From positions 62,001-126,000 of the forward strand of contig JAUCBJ010002722.1 in the NCBI GenBank assembly GCA_032718475.1: DNA of 64,000 nt, given 5' to 3'. Positions within the stretch are counted from its first letter, which is position 1. Every line of letters begins with the position of its first letter. Shown here piece by piece: positions 51,501 through 64,000 of this stretch. The notes beneath the pieces were generated by a model that was not told the origin of the DNA, did not search any database, and saw nothing but the letters and a program-made list of their open reading frames with translations. The position numbers and the translations under genes are program-made. This stretch comes from Nemertoderma westbladi (taxonomy: Eukaryota; Animalia; Xenacoelomorpha).

Positions 51501-53090
51501 TCATATCTAGCGGTTTAGTGTTTTGGTTATTTGGACTCGGCCTACTGGGGATATTAGGTTCGTATTTGTTTGTGTTGTTGTTTTGTTTCTGTCCCTGCCA
51601 CGGTGTGGCCCTACTCCCAGCTCCTTGTGGACTACAAGTCCCCTGCGTACCCGCATGTGGTAGCGACTGTCTCATTTTCGGAAATGCATCTGCCGAAATA
51701 TGTTCTGGTTTAGATCGGCTGCATTCCGCTTTCGGTACCTTACCGAGACTGTCCACACTGTAGACTGGGTCTGTGATTAATTCCGCTTCGTAGTTAAGGA
51801 AGTTCGACATTTCCTCCAGCCCTGGCTCCACACCTTTCCTCTCTCGGGTGGAGAAAGAGATCTTTCTCCACTTGTTTCTCAGCCAGATCGGTAGTGCCTG
51901 CGCTATTGTAGTGATGTTGTTTGATGCGTTAAGTTCGTAATTTGCATCCAGAGTTTTTAATACTATTAGCGCCTTTTCTACTTTGTTGGCGAAGGTTTAG
52001 ATGCTGACGGGGTTGTCCGCCAGTCCGCCTGATGTTATTCCCCTTAAGGTTTGTTGGATAATCTTCGCAGGATGCCCGAATTCCCTGTCCAGAGCTCGCC
52101 ATGCAGTCGTGAATACTCCTTCAATACCTTGGTATTGTCTCACGATGTCGTATGCTGGCCCCCCTGTGTAGACTTGTAGATATTTAAGGCACTCCGCCTG
52201 CATCAGTTTTTTGTTAAGATTTCATTGCTGTACATACGCCGGAATTGCAGATATTCCTCCGGCTTACTACCATCGATGGCTCCACTGGCGGCAGCTCGAT
52301 CCTAGTCTTCAGCGCGTCGATGAGTGTTGCCATTCCCATCACTTGTACTTCCAGCGCGCTCATTGGATGCAGTTCACCCATCGGGCTCGTCGACTTTCCC
52401 TGTGTGGGTTATATCATTGGGGCTAACGGTCCCCTCCATATCTCTGTGTCGCACGATTTATTTGGATCTGAGGGGTTTGGGGTTCTTGTTTTTGGTTGCG
52501 TGTATTGCTGATACTGTAATGGGGGGATGTCACCCTGCCCCCCCTCCCCCCCCACCGATGTTATATTTGGTAGTGGGGTTGATGTTATCATCTTGGGGCC
52601 CATACACCTATCCACAATACCCCCCTCCCCTGGATATAAATTGTATCCCTGCATGTTATAGTCATACTGGTGTGCAGGTCTTGCCTACCGCCTGGTATGT
52701 ATGCTGCGACCCCCGGGTTTAATCCCGTCATTCGCGCTACCCTATCGCCTATACTATCTCTCCCAGCATGGCCTATAGTATGTGCAGTAAGGCCTACAGT
52801 ATGTCCTGCAGTCTGCCTGTGTCCTTCCGGACCGAAGTTTATTCTTCTCGAGTATTCCGAGACGTCCTCCCCGCGACTACCATATTCTCGATCGGCAGCT
52901 ACGTTCCGACGGGAAGTTTCTCTCCGATCCCCTCTCCTGTCTTCATCCTCATACCGGTACACTCTGTACTCGCTCTCCCGGGGTGTGGTCTATTTCACCA
53001 GGTTGTGGTTCTCCAGGGCGATGGCAATCTCCCGGAGTATGACCCCACCGGCTCTCTGTTCTCCGTCTCGACTACCGACGGTTCACTGTC
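48598..53090 (-). mobile_element. Decayed BEL/Pao LTR retrotransposon (gag, protease, RT, RNase H; integrase missing)
   Basis: Cys/His gag knuckles, LVDSGA protease, FNQV, FYVDD, K.LG..W, YDPLG, FSDAS..AYG, PKLEL, WTDS..VL.W, NP.D..S; multiple frameshifts. Confidence 0.92.
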
Positions 53091-53097
53091 CGACCTG

Positions 53098-53555
53098 CGT
53101 ACCGGTACCACACACGCCGCGTACCGGTACCACACGCGTGTACCGGTACCACACGCGTGTACCAGGTCACACGTGTGTACCGGGACCACACGTGTGTACC
53201 GGTACCACACGCGTGTACCGGTACAACACGCGTGTACCGGTACAACACGCGTGTACCGGTACAACACGCGTGTACCGGCACCACACGCGTGTACCGGTAC
53301 CACACGCGTGTACCGGTACCACACGCGTGTACCGGTACCACACGCGTGTACCGGTACCACACGCGTGTACCGGTACCACACCTGTGTACCGGTACCACAC
53401 CTGTGTACCGGTACCACACCTGTGTACCGGTACCACACTGTGTACCGGTACCACACCTGTGTACCGGTACCACACCTGTGTACCGGTACCACACCCGCCG
53501 CGTAACGGTACCAAACCTGTGTACACACCTGTGTTACCGGTTCGGTACCACACCT
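53098..53555 (+). repeat. 19-bp minisatellite (gtaccggtaccacacgcgt), about 22 copies
   Basis: Direct periodicity; variant cacacctgt in the distal half. Confidence 0.95.
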
Positions 53556-55909
53556 TTGTGTTTCACAACGCACTGAGATGAGGGGGGGGGGGGGGGCGAA
53601 TTTGCAAATGGGGCAAATATTTGGTCCCCCTCCCAGACAAAATGGTACCACTTTATGTCCCCAGCATAAGAAAAATGAACATTATAATTACAGTACCGGA
53701 CGCAATCTCAGTCGCAAGGTGTATAATATATTTCAACAACATTAATAATATTGTAAATGAGATATATAATTTATTATTAGACTATTTTAATAAATTAAGC
53801 ACATAACCGTATTTATGATGGGATAATAATTATAATAGATAATTCGCAGATCCATCCTTCTACGAAAGGATGGAATGCACTAGACAAATAAATTTTGTAT
53901 AAGAAATTACTGTTTTATAAAGGTCCATTTTTGGTAATAGTAATATTTTTAAATAAATTCATTTAGATAAAATTCGCGGCGCAAAAATAAAATCGACAAA
54001 TTAATACAGTTGTTAATTGGTTTTTAATATCACAATATATTATATAAAGTTTTAATAAACGATTCCATATTAATACTAAAGCATCTATTTCCATGGAAAC
54101 CAATAGGATTGCAACAGTTTGCCATCTAGCAGTCATACCCCGAACAACGACTTACGACTTCACTATGTAGGGCATTATGGCAATCATTAGTATAACTATA
54201 GGGATGACAGATGTTATCTTAACCTGTACAAGTCCAACCAAAGAAGGGGCTCTAAGATATCGTAAAGTCCGGGGATGTTAATTGTGCACTAATAGAACTT
54301 ACGAACCCAGATATTAATATTAATAAACTTGTTACAACAATCTGTGCTACGGTTGCACATTAATACAACTCTCTATACTCTACCTACAGTCTATAGTTAC
54401 TTTATTGTGCAACTATTCTGACGTCGATTACAACACCACATATTAACCGGATCGAACCAGAAATATATACTAATAGTCATGCTACATGGCATTATTATAT
54501 TAGGATATAATATATTTCTAAACACTATTATAAAATGTATATAATAAAGCCATACAATATATTATTTGGCCAAAAAACTGCAGTTTCATAAATACATGAT
54601 ACTAATAATGGCTGAATGGTGCGGCATGAATGAATACAGATAAGATAACTTGTGTTGCACCTTGTACCGGTGGTATGGTACTATCAGTTATGGTACTCCC
54701 TTAAGGTATACATTAAGTAAACGGTAGACAACGGTCATGTTGTAACTCAAATGATAATCTGTATACCGGGAAATAGTTCAAGAAAGTGTAACTAATTGAA
54801 TATTGGAAATAATAATTAAATTATTTATTGAGAATCCTGCAATGCTAAACCCCTCACCAAACTCAGTTTATATTAGCTGCAGTACTGTAAATAATGAACA
54901 AATATTATTAATAAAGACAAATAATGGGTCAAATAAAAATTATGAAACTTGAGTAAAAAAAAAACATCGGCACCTAATATAAAATATATAAGAAACATAG
55001 TGAACGCACGGTGTGCAAAATTACGAGTTCAGAATTTAATAAGATAAAGTAATACGATAGCGTATTTTCTAGTACGACCGGCGGGCCTTACAATTTTCTT
55101 ATCATTTTAATTGCTATGCTACACTTTAACAGCTATATAAACATTGAAAAGAATACAAAAGCACAATTAAACGCCAAACAATAAAACAATTAGGAAAAGC
55201 AATTATATACCATCCAAAATCGTAGATTTTAAGAGCAAAAAACTAAAAAGTTAACAGAAAATCGTCACACAATTAATCAATATACCGCCAATATTTATAT
55301 CTTTTATCGTTAAAAATATTTTAAAATAAAAAGACTGCTGAACTCACCTTGGACAATGCACCACCCCCTGAATTTCGGTAATTACTTACAGGACTAGTGT
55401 TAATTCTAATAATATAATAAGTACCGGTATAGATAAATCAAACCCAAGGAAACGTGGTTAAATTAAATATAGAATTTATTAACAGTCATGTTGGCACCAG
55501 AGTAACTAAAAACGTAACACCAATATAATATAATATCTCGCCTAATCTCTGATTAATCGTTGGTAAATTAGAACAAGATTTAGTATATATTAAACTAGGC
55601 CTACTATTCTATTAAATTATAATATATACTTTGTATCATGCAGTTAAAAGTTAAACCTGAAATATATCATTTTAAATCTATAATTTAGGCCTATTATGGT
55701 AAGAAAAGTTTCCATCAGAATCCTAATTGAAACACTGTTACTTACAAGCGCTAAAATAAACACAATAACCGATAATAGTGTTCTAATATAATTAGAGAAA
55801 CTATAACGTGATAATAATTAGATATTTAAACGGCAATTGTCCAAATAATAGAAGCAGTAACAGTAAAATTACGCGAAATAATGTTCTTCCACTAAAAAGT
55901 CAATCAAAG

Positions 55910-58600
55910 TTAAACGTAAACGCGGCTGTCTATCCAATCTTCTAGATCCATATGGACCTTGTTGCCTTGGTTCTTGACAGCGAACTTCTCGAAGGCTTCC
56001 TTCAGACGGCAGACACTGAGAACGAACTCAGCGAAGCCGATGTGGAGGTTCTTATCGGAGTAGCGAGCGACGATGGTGTTGAGGATCCTATCGGAGAGCT
56101 TGAAGCCGAGAGCCTTGAGCACCGCTCGCATCTCGCTTGCGTCCAGCTTGCCGCTCTTATCGAAGTCGTGCTCGTTGAAAGCGTCGCGCCACAAGAAGAG
56201 ACTGTAGATGAGCTCGGTGAACTCCTGCAGGGAGAGTTTCCCTGAGTTGTCGTCGTCCAACAACGCCAACAAACTGCGACAGGCTTCCATCTCAAAACCC
56301 TCGTGACCCTTAACCTGCATGCCGATGTGGTTGAGCAGCTGTCGCAACTCGGTCGAGTCGATCTGTTGGTCGTCCTTAGCAACTGAGTTAAACAACCTCG
56401 CCATCTTCTGCATGTACTCGTTGTCTATAGCGGGGGGTTTGATCGCGGCGGCCGTCAGCTCCGTCTTCACGTCCATCGGTTTCCCGGTAACCGGCCGCTC
56501 GCAATACATCCGCAGGAGAAACTCGCCGGCCTCGTTGGGGTTGAACGTCGACGGGACGATAACGTAGGTCCCCGGGGGGAACTTAAACCGCTTAACGACC
56601 TCCCGACCGTTCACATAAGAATCCGAGCGCCCTGTCGACTTATTGTACATGAAATACTCAGACGGAACTTTCCGACCTTTAACCTTCTCGATTATCTCGC
56701 CCTCTAGCGTGTACACTATGAACCCGATGGTAAGCATGTTCTCTCTCTTGGCTTTCTTCTTCCTGGAATTCTCCTGCATGAGAGCGACAACCAGCGGTAC
56801 AACTCCATCATCGTCGGCCTCCTCCAAGGTGATCTGGAACTGCGGGTTGGTCGCGAAGGTGTCCGGGAAGTTGCGACACCCCCCGGCACTGCTCCCCGGC
56901 TGCCAACGGCCTTTATCCTCCCGGACGTCCCACTTCTTCACGCTCGCGTCCGCCTGGATCTGCTCCGTAGCGTCCGGGTGCATGTGGCAGATCTCCATGT
57001 TGGTGAAGTTCTTGGCGTAGTCGTGGAAACTCATCCAGAACTCGCCGTCGTCCGAGCTGACCAACCCGAGGTCGTTGCGTTCCTTGTCGCTTAGCAGCGT
57101 CCACTCGGGGGACTTGTCGCTCCAGGCCCCGTTCCACTCGTGGCGACCCCACGGGTTCCTCACGCGAACCATCTCCATCTCCTGCGTTCCCTTCCGCGTG
57201 CGAACCTTTATGCGTCGCACGTCCGTCAGCGAGTAGGCGTGGCCGCACACCAGTCCGTTAGGAAGCAGCGCCTCAACCTGTTTGTATTATATAAAAATTA
57301 GGTTTAATTTGAAAAAATGAAAAGATTTTAATTAAATGTTAATTAAATTAAAATATAAATTAAGAAAGATGAAATAAAAGTAATAAATATAATTGAAAAA
57401 AATAGAACAGATACAATTAATTACCGGTACTTATTGTTAATTAATTAGACAGTTAGATCTACACTACACTTCACCGGTATATAAATATGTTCATACTATA
57501 TACCGGTAATATGCAGGTATATGAATAGACCTACTTAATCCATGGAAAATTGTTTGATTGATTTTCATTCCCAATACAGACAGCTATTTAATTATTATTT
57601 ATTATAATACTATTTATTATTATAGCATCCCCTTCAACTCCCTGTTATCCTTTAATATAATTCAGTTATTAGGGTTTCTGGAGATCGCTCTGCTCTCAAA
57701 TGTTAACCATAAAAACCTTAAATATACTGGTAGTGGTATATATACAGATATACTCACTTCATACTAGAGGAATCACACTTCATTGATGGTTCATATTTTT
57801 GTATATAGAGCCTATTCTGTAGGGTATCCGGAATATTATATATACCTATACCGGTACACCATAAATAAATTAATATATGTTGTACCAGCATATTACAATT
57901 ACAATACCTGGCTGGGGTCCGGGGTAATCGAACATCCCATCAGACTGAGCCGCGCTTTGGCTCTCATCATAATCTCGAACAAATCTTCGGGAATCTTCTT
58001 CGGCTCCAACTCAAAAAATTCCGCCAAGCCGCCGGTGAAGTCCTCCAAGCCCTCAGACATGAGTCCGCCCTTAAGGAACTCATAGGAACCAAACAACTTC
58101 GCGTAAGCCTTCTCGAGCAGCGCCGACCAGAACTCGTTACCCTCGGCCGAACGGGTGAACTTCAACTCGTTGTTGTACGTCGGGAGACGGTCGTCGACAA
58201 CGATCTCAATCCACTCGCCCGCCCGCCAAAAGTGGAAGCGGAAGGCCCCGCAGTATCCCTTCCCGAACCCCTGGTCTGGCGGCACAACCTGATGGAGAAG
58301 CTCGTCCACTAGAGTGAGACAGGCCAACGATGCGAGCAACCAACAGTCGCCCAACTCGCCCTGTTTCACGTCGAACCTACTAGCTCCCTCGACGAACAGT
58401 TGAGGGTCGTTGCAGAGCTGGGGCGGCCGCTTCCATTGGAACGGTTTCGGCGGCCGTTTACTGAAGAACACGGAACTATCGACTGCTGGGAACTCTGGGT
58501 CCTCGTACAGCGTCCCTTCTTGCAGACACTTTTTAGAGATTTCAGCGAACGATAGAGACCTTTTATTGAAAGGTACAAATTTTCGACCACTTGGTGCCAT
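55910..58600 (-). CDS. Classical calpain (CysPc + C2-like + penta-EF-hand), 2 exons: 58600-57908 and 57277-55910, about 686 aa
   Basis: QGELGDCWLL (Cys), GHAYS (His), RNPWG (Asn), NPQF, Y.IVPSTF.P, EF hands DDDNSGKL and DFDKSGKL; phase-0 GT-AG intron joins PDPSQ|VEALLPNGLVCGHAY. Confidence 0.95.
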
Positions 58601-58897
58601 TTTATACGATCAACTGTGAACTGCCGGTGTTATAAATATATGTCTAAAATATAGCCTATAATTTGAAGAATATTGAATATTAAATAGGCCTACTAAATTA
58701 GGTGCACGTAAATTGTTAATTTTATAATTGCAATATACTGATATAGGCCTAAGCAATGAACAAAGTAATATCGGAATGCAGGAATGGTACGGTTAGTCAG
58801 TCAGTATATTGATTTTATATTGATCACATTACAGGTACAGACAGCATTAATTATAAATTTTATCGTATTTAAAACACTGCAAAAACAGCGTTGCCTG

Positions 58898-58985
58898 GTG
58901 CCTGGTCAAGGAATCGAACCAGGGCTTCCTACGTGGAAGCCTATGCAGCTATGGTTGTCACCACTGGGCCACTAGACCATGAGGG
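58898..58985 (-). pseudogene. tRNA-like sequence (SINE head or tRNA pseudogene)
   Basis: Minus strand tggcccagtgg ... ggttcgattcc...cacca; cloverleaf not clean. Confidence 0.4.
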
Positions 58986-59409
58986 TGCTTGAAAATGACA
59001 ACTAGTTGCGGTAAATTGCCAGGCTGGACTGCTGGATTTACCACAGGAAAACTGTCTAGGTAGACAGTTAACAAAAACATGTCTACCGGTACCGGTAGAC
59101 ATGTTTTTGTTGACGATTAATCCCCATAGAGATCATAGTTAAAACCCAGACAAGACAAGTCCAGAAGTCCCTAAAAGGTGCCACCCTGCACCATAGCGCG
59201 GGGAATTCAAATGATTGAAAGACATGTTATTTGTAGTGGAAAGGGTGGCAGATCAGATCTGCCACCTATATTGGTGTCACCTATACTGTTTTAACATTGA
59301 ATACATGAATAGAGTAAGACTAATGTAATTCATTGAATTAGAATAAATTATTTCTTATCGGTTTAACTCACTCATCCGTTAATGTTGTTGATTTATCCTG
59401 TTATCTATC

Positions 59410-59605
59410 CTGGGACTTCGAGCAGCACGTGAACAACAAAACCAGCACGTTAACTAGTCTGGGGCTTCGAGCAGAACGTGAACAACTAAACTGGCTGGTT
59501 ACCTAGTCTGGGACTTCGAGCAGCACCTGAACAACTAAACCAGCACGTTAACTAGTCTGGGACTTCGAGTAGCACGTGAACAACTAAGCTGACTGGTTAA
59601 ATAGT
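59410..59605 (+). repeat. 49-bp tandem repeat, about 4 copies
   Basis: ctgggacttcgagcagcacgtgaacaact at 59410, 59459, 59508, 59557. Confidence 0.9.
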
Positions 59606-59630
59606 CTGATTATACACCTATTTTTACCGT

Positions 59631-59930
59631 GTTCCACCTTGGTGTAGTGGTTGCATTGAATCCACATCTCCCGTAGGTCGTGGGTTCGATCCTCACATGG
59701 GCCAGGGCAGTTTTCGTTTCGGCACGAATGCTTTAAAGGGACCAGCCAGGGCGCATCTCTGCCTTGCATCCTTAAGTGGTAGCTAAATGTAGAAATGAGT
59801 ACCGGTACTGGAGTTTCCTCTGGGGAGTAAAGTTCTGGGGGGACCGCACTGGAAATAAGTCGTCCGACTTTGTGCGTAATCCCTGGCCTAGTGGCCGAAG
59901 AAAATTTACTTTTTTTACTTACTTTTTTAT
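59631..59930 (+). mobile_element. tRNA-derived SINE, full length
   Basis: A/B boxes and body nearly identical to 1962-2243. Confidence 0.9.
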
Positions 59931-60009
59931 TGTTATTACAGTAGGCAGGCCCTACCGGTACCGTATTGAAAAGTTTTATTTTCTGCGCTGAACGCGGCGC
60001 CATGCTGCC

Positions 60010-60230
60010 ATGTGCCAAAAATCCTACGCCGGCTCTGAGCAAAACCACCCCGGGTGCAAAAAATCCTGCGCTGGCTCTGAGCAAAACCACGCCGGGTGCA
60101 AAAAATCCTGCGCCGGATCTGTGCAAACCCACGCCCATGCCGGGTGCAAAAATCCTTCGCTGGCTCTGTGCAATGCAAAATGCTGCGCCGGGTGAAAAAT
60201 CTTCCGCCGGCTCTTCAAAGCTGCACCGGG
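60010..60230 (+). repeat. About 43-bp degenerate tandem repeat (ccgggtgcaaaaaatcctgcgc.ggctctg.gcaaa)
   Basis: 4-5 imperfect copies. Confidence 0.75.
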
Positions 60231-60650
60231 GTGACTGGCAGACTGGTATAAAACAAAATCTCCCTGTCTGCCTGTTACCCAGGCAGCCAGGCTAGAAAAT
60301 GTTTGCAAAAATTAAAACGCGTTGTGCGCGGTAAAATAATGCTGTAATGGGTGCGCGTGCGCGGGAAAAGGCCAAAAACGTGCGCCGTGCATCCACAGAG
60401 CAAGCCACATGTGCGCGCTAGCGCGCTCTTGCGAACCAAAAATTACCTGTTTTTCTAAACATATGTAAGTACGGAAATTTTAATTGACCATTTAATATAA
60501 AACAATAATATTTAAAATTTAAAATCATTAAATTGCAACTCTAGTTTACGGGAGTACGCATATTGAAAGTACCCAACCCCCTTAATGAGTAGGATGGCTA
60601 AAACGTCTGTCCTTATCTGATCTGATCTGATCTGACGGTATCTGACACTT

Positions 60651-60832
60651 GTTCCACCTTGGTTCAGAGCCCACCTTGGTGTAGTGGTTATATTGAATTC
60701 ACATCTCGCGGAGGTTGTGGGTTCAATCCCGGCATGGGGGCCAAGGTAGTTTTCGTTTCGGCACGAATGTTTTGAAGGGTTTAACGCGGCATCTCTGCCT
60801 TGCATCCTTAAAATGATAGCTAAATGAATACT
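60651..60832 (+). mobile_element. Diverged 3'-truncated copy of the SINE, followed by a piggyBac-like end fragment
   Basis: ccaccttggtgtagtgg...ggttcaatcc...gccttgcatcctt; then ttaaacccggg(G)n tcaatat, reverse complement of about 35177-35203. Confidence 0.7.
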
Positions 60833-61454
60833 GGACTTTATGCCTATGTCAGCATGTGAAGTTTCCCCGGTATTCCCCTTAAACCCGGGGGGGGGGGGGG
60901 TCAATATAACACCTCCCCCTCTGAAACAACGATACTAACTAAAAGGCTAACTGAATCGAACTAAAAGGAATTCAAATAAAATAAGCTAGAAATTTTAAAT
61001 TTGTTTTTAGTGCCAAATTTTGGTGCCGGCCTATGTGAAGAATACCAGGATTTACCTTTTCGGTCGACATTTTTTGGAATTTTATATATGAAGATTTTAA
61101 TTTTTTTTTAAATTTATCTTTATTAAGTGTATTAGAGAGCTTATTTATGGCTTATAACCTGTACATACAGACATATACTAATTCGTTTATTGTTTTGGTT
61201 ATATTCAGCCCTTCTGTAACCTGTGTTTTTTGTGAAAACCTGGTATTCTTCACATGGGGGTAACTACAAAATAAAATATAATGGCAGAAAGTCTGGTATT
61301 CTTCGCCCATGTGAAGAATACCAGAATACCTTACTACAGTAGTACATAATAGTACTTAACTAATTACTGAATTATGTTTATGCTAATTATTTATCAACCT
61401 ATTATTGCCACATGGGTGGGTGGGTGGATGGGAATGTGGGAAGGTGCCCGCTGG

Positions 61455-61680
61455 TTGTTTATTGTTTTGGTTAGAAATGTCAGCCGCGGTAACATTCTCC
61501 TTTCCCTCAATTGGTAGGTAACAAAATCGTTTATTGTTTTGGTTAGAAAACCCTGTCTCTGTAACCTGCTCCTTTCCCTCAATTGGTAGGTAACAACGTC
61601 GTTTATTGTTTTGGTTAGAAATTACAGCCGCTGTAACCTGCTCTTTTCCTTCAATTGGAAGGTAACAACAGCGTTTATTA
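61455..61680 (+). repeat. 72-bp tandem repeat, about 3 copies
   Basis: gtttattgttttggttagaaa at about 61457, 61529, 61601. Confidence 0.85.
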
Positions 61681-62730
61681 ATTCCCACATTACCATCCAC
61701 CTTCCCATATTCAGATATTCCTTCATCGTCGGGGTATACTGTAAACACCACTGTATCAGTTGGCGATATGGGGCATGTTAAGTGTTTCTTCATATACACA
61801 CTTAGGTCTACACAGTAGGCCTAGAGAGATACCCCTTCCTGCCTTCCCTTTCTGCCTTTAGCGTAACAAACCTTCATCCTATATCGCATTTTTAATATAT
61901 AATAACATGCCTTTGTGCATTTAGATGCATACCGGTATGCCTGTACTGCTACTTCATATGATGATACTGATACGTAACAGGGCAACGTGAAACGTGATCC
62001 CCTATTCAGCTATTGGCTGATTGGCTATTTACCTAACAGACAGTTAGGTAGATATTATATTTCTTTCTCCTGATTGGTTATAGGATCAGATGCTGTCAGA
62101 TCAGATCAGATCAGATAAGGACAGACGTTTCATTCTACCTCCTTAATGAGGCGGGTATTTACAGTATGTCGTCGTATGCATTCGTGGCAGGTTAATTCAA
62201 CTATTTCGTTTGACTGTTTTAACTACGGTACTCGGTTTCCGTACTTTCATATTATGTTTAAAGCATATGTTTAGGAAAACAGGCAGACAGGCTGGACAGG
62301 TAGGCCCTAATCTGCTAATGTTTTAGTTCAAAATTTATAAGTTTTTTTTATCATAACACTATTACTTGGCGATGTAAAACATAATACATGTACATGTAGT
62401 CCTGTCCTACTGTAAGTAATTTCACACAACTTTTGATGAACAACCAGACAACAAAAGTATTTATTTGTTGAATGCCTACCGTCAGACCGTAGCCGTAGAA
62501 GGGGGCTACTTTGATTTCACTGGCAGACTGGGCTGCAGGGGCTTCTTTGATATTTGACACAAATAGTTCTACCTTTATGATAAGATAAACAGCACTCCAG
62601 TCTGCCAGTACAGCAGTACTGCAGTCTGGCAGTTGCATATAAGTAAATCTGTAAATGAGAGTACTGGAGTAGGCCTATGTCTGTATGTACACTGACAAAG
62701 TGAAACATAGAGTACGGTAGGGCCTAAATA

Positions 62731-63163
62731 CAGTCGGGGAGAAGTTCTATTTTCAACTGAGTTGAAATTTCAACTTTATTTTTTAAAATTCAACTTTTTA
62801 TTAAAATTCAACTTTTGGAGTACTGGAGTAGAGTTTAAAATTCAACTTCTTTTTTAAATTCAACTTTTGGAGTAACTTTGGAAATACTGAAATATGGAAT
62901 TAGGCCTACTGGTAGGCCTATTCCATTGTATAATAATTATGACATTCAGCGGTAATTTAATACATCTAATAAATTCCCGTAGTATTTCAGCTAATTTGCA
63001 AATGTAGGCCTAATCACTTAAAATGTTTTTAAAAAAAGTATTCCCGACAAAAACAATCAAAACACCCCTTCTGTGACGTCTTGGGGGCCTTCTGCACCTC
63101 CTGCCATTTTAGAGTTGAATTTACAACTTAAAAGTTGAATTAAAAAAAAAAAGTCCCCGACTG
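62731..63163. mobile_element. MITE with CAGTCGGGGA TIRs and ttcaact subterminal repeats
   Basis: ta|cagtcgggga ... tccccgactg; repeated aattcaactt / aagttgaatt. Confidence 0.55.
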
Positions 63164-63487
63164 AAATAAGAGTTGTTCAATACAATACTGCAATAGTGAA
63201 TAGGCTACCCATTTTACTGCAGTCTGGCAGTGTACTGTACAACAGTATAAGTATAGTATAGTGCTGATGGAAAGACAATGAGCAGATCATTTAGCCTACA
63301 GCAGAGCTACCGTGGTACTGCAGTACAGTACTTGCATCTGAGCTTGAGAAACAGCCTACAGCTACCAGCTACGGTCAGACACTCTGACGACTGAAGGTTG
63401 ACTTGACTTCACACGCCTAGTGCTACATTATAGTAGTCGGTCAGGGTCAGGGGCGCAGCCACGTTCCAAAAAGTGGGGGGGGGGGGG

Positions 63488-63650
63488 AATAAAATAATAA
63501 TAAATAAAATATTAATAATAAAATAAATAAAATATTAATAATAAAATAAATAAAATATTAATAATAAAATAAATAATTAAATATAAAATAATTAAAATAA
63601 AATTAAAATAAACTAATTTTAAATAAAATAATTAATTAAAATAAATAATT
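63488..63650 (+). repeat. A/T-only low-complexity repeat
   Basis: aataataaaataaataaaatatt units. Confidence 0.9.
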
Positions 63651-64000
63651 TTAGGTCCTGCATAACTCCACCACCCCCCCCCCCCCCCCACAAATTTTTT
63701 TTACAAATCTTAATGAGATTGTATGAAATTTGAAACATAGATAGTTTAACCTCCCTCCTCAATAGGTTAGTCAGAATTTTAATTTTCGCTTTCATTCTTT
63801 ATAGTTACAAACGTTTGAAAAAAGTGTTTAAAAGATAGAAATAAGCACTATATAATACTTAATAGGCCTAATGAGAAATTAAAAAAGTACAAATTCTTCA
63901 GATATACAATTACTGTACAATACAATTTCGACCAAAAAATGTAAACCTGGTATTCTTCACATTGGTGTTTGAACCAATTATAACTCCATTATTCTTCAAC

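Noticed and set aside
52670-53651. VPVPHACTGTT repeat ORFs
   Set aside because: 19-bp palindromic minisatellite open on both strands
55952-57248. Antisense and alternate-frame ORFs over calpain
   Set aside because: Shadow ORFs due to GC-rich codon usage
61383-61799. 138-aa ORF with 24-aa repeats
   Set aside because: Explained by a 72-bp tandem repeat; no domain or splice support

Overview
AT-rich eukaryotic (invertebrate animal-like) genomic DNA dominated by transposable elements and tandem repeats. Three host genes can be reconstructed by eye. (1) A 5-exon secreted antistasin-domain + astacin-like protein (+, 21596-32451, about 258 aa) that the ORF track misses; its zinc-binding motif is altered and it apparently lacks the Met-turn. 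(2) A BC-box/leucine-rich-repeat-like gene (-, about 38599-41169). (3) A classical calpain with a single CDS intron (-, 55910-58600). TEs include an intact GC-rich Penelope-like element (RT + GIY-YIG) with a minimal hammerhead ribozyme, a decayed BEL/Pao, Gypsy fragments, several LINE fragments, a tRNA-derived SINE family, a THAP/P-like element, a Foldback/Mutator-like element with nested piggyBac-like MITEs, and a 315-bp satellite with paired CTCF-like motifs. The most striking signal is a small repeated element (-, about 16118-16240, partial copies at 16466 and 41602). In it a canonical type I hammerhead ribozyme sits between Pol III A-box-like and B-box-like motifs, where a tRNA anticodon arm would be. 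All calls come from manual reading; no database searches were run.
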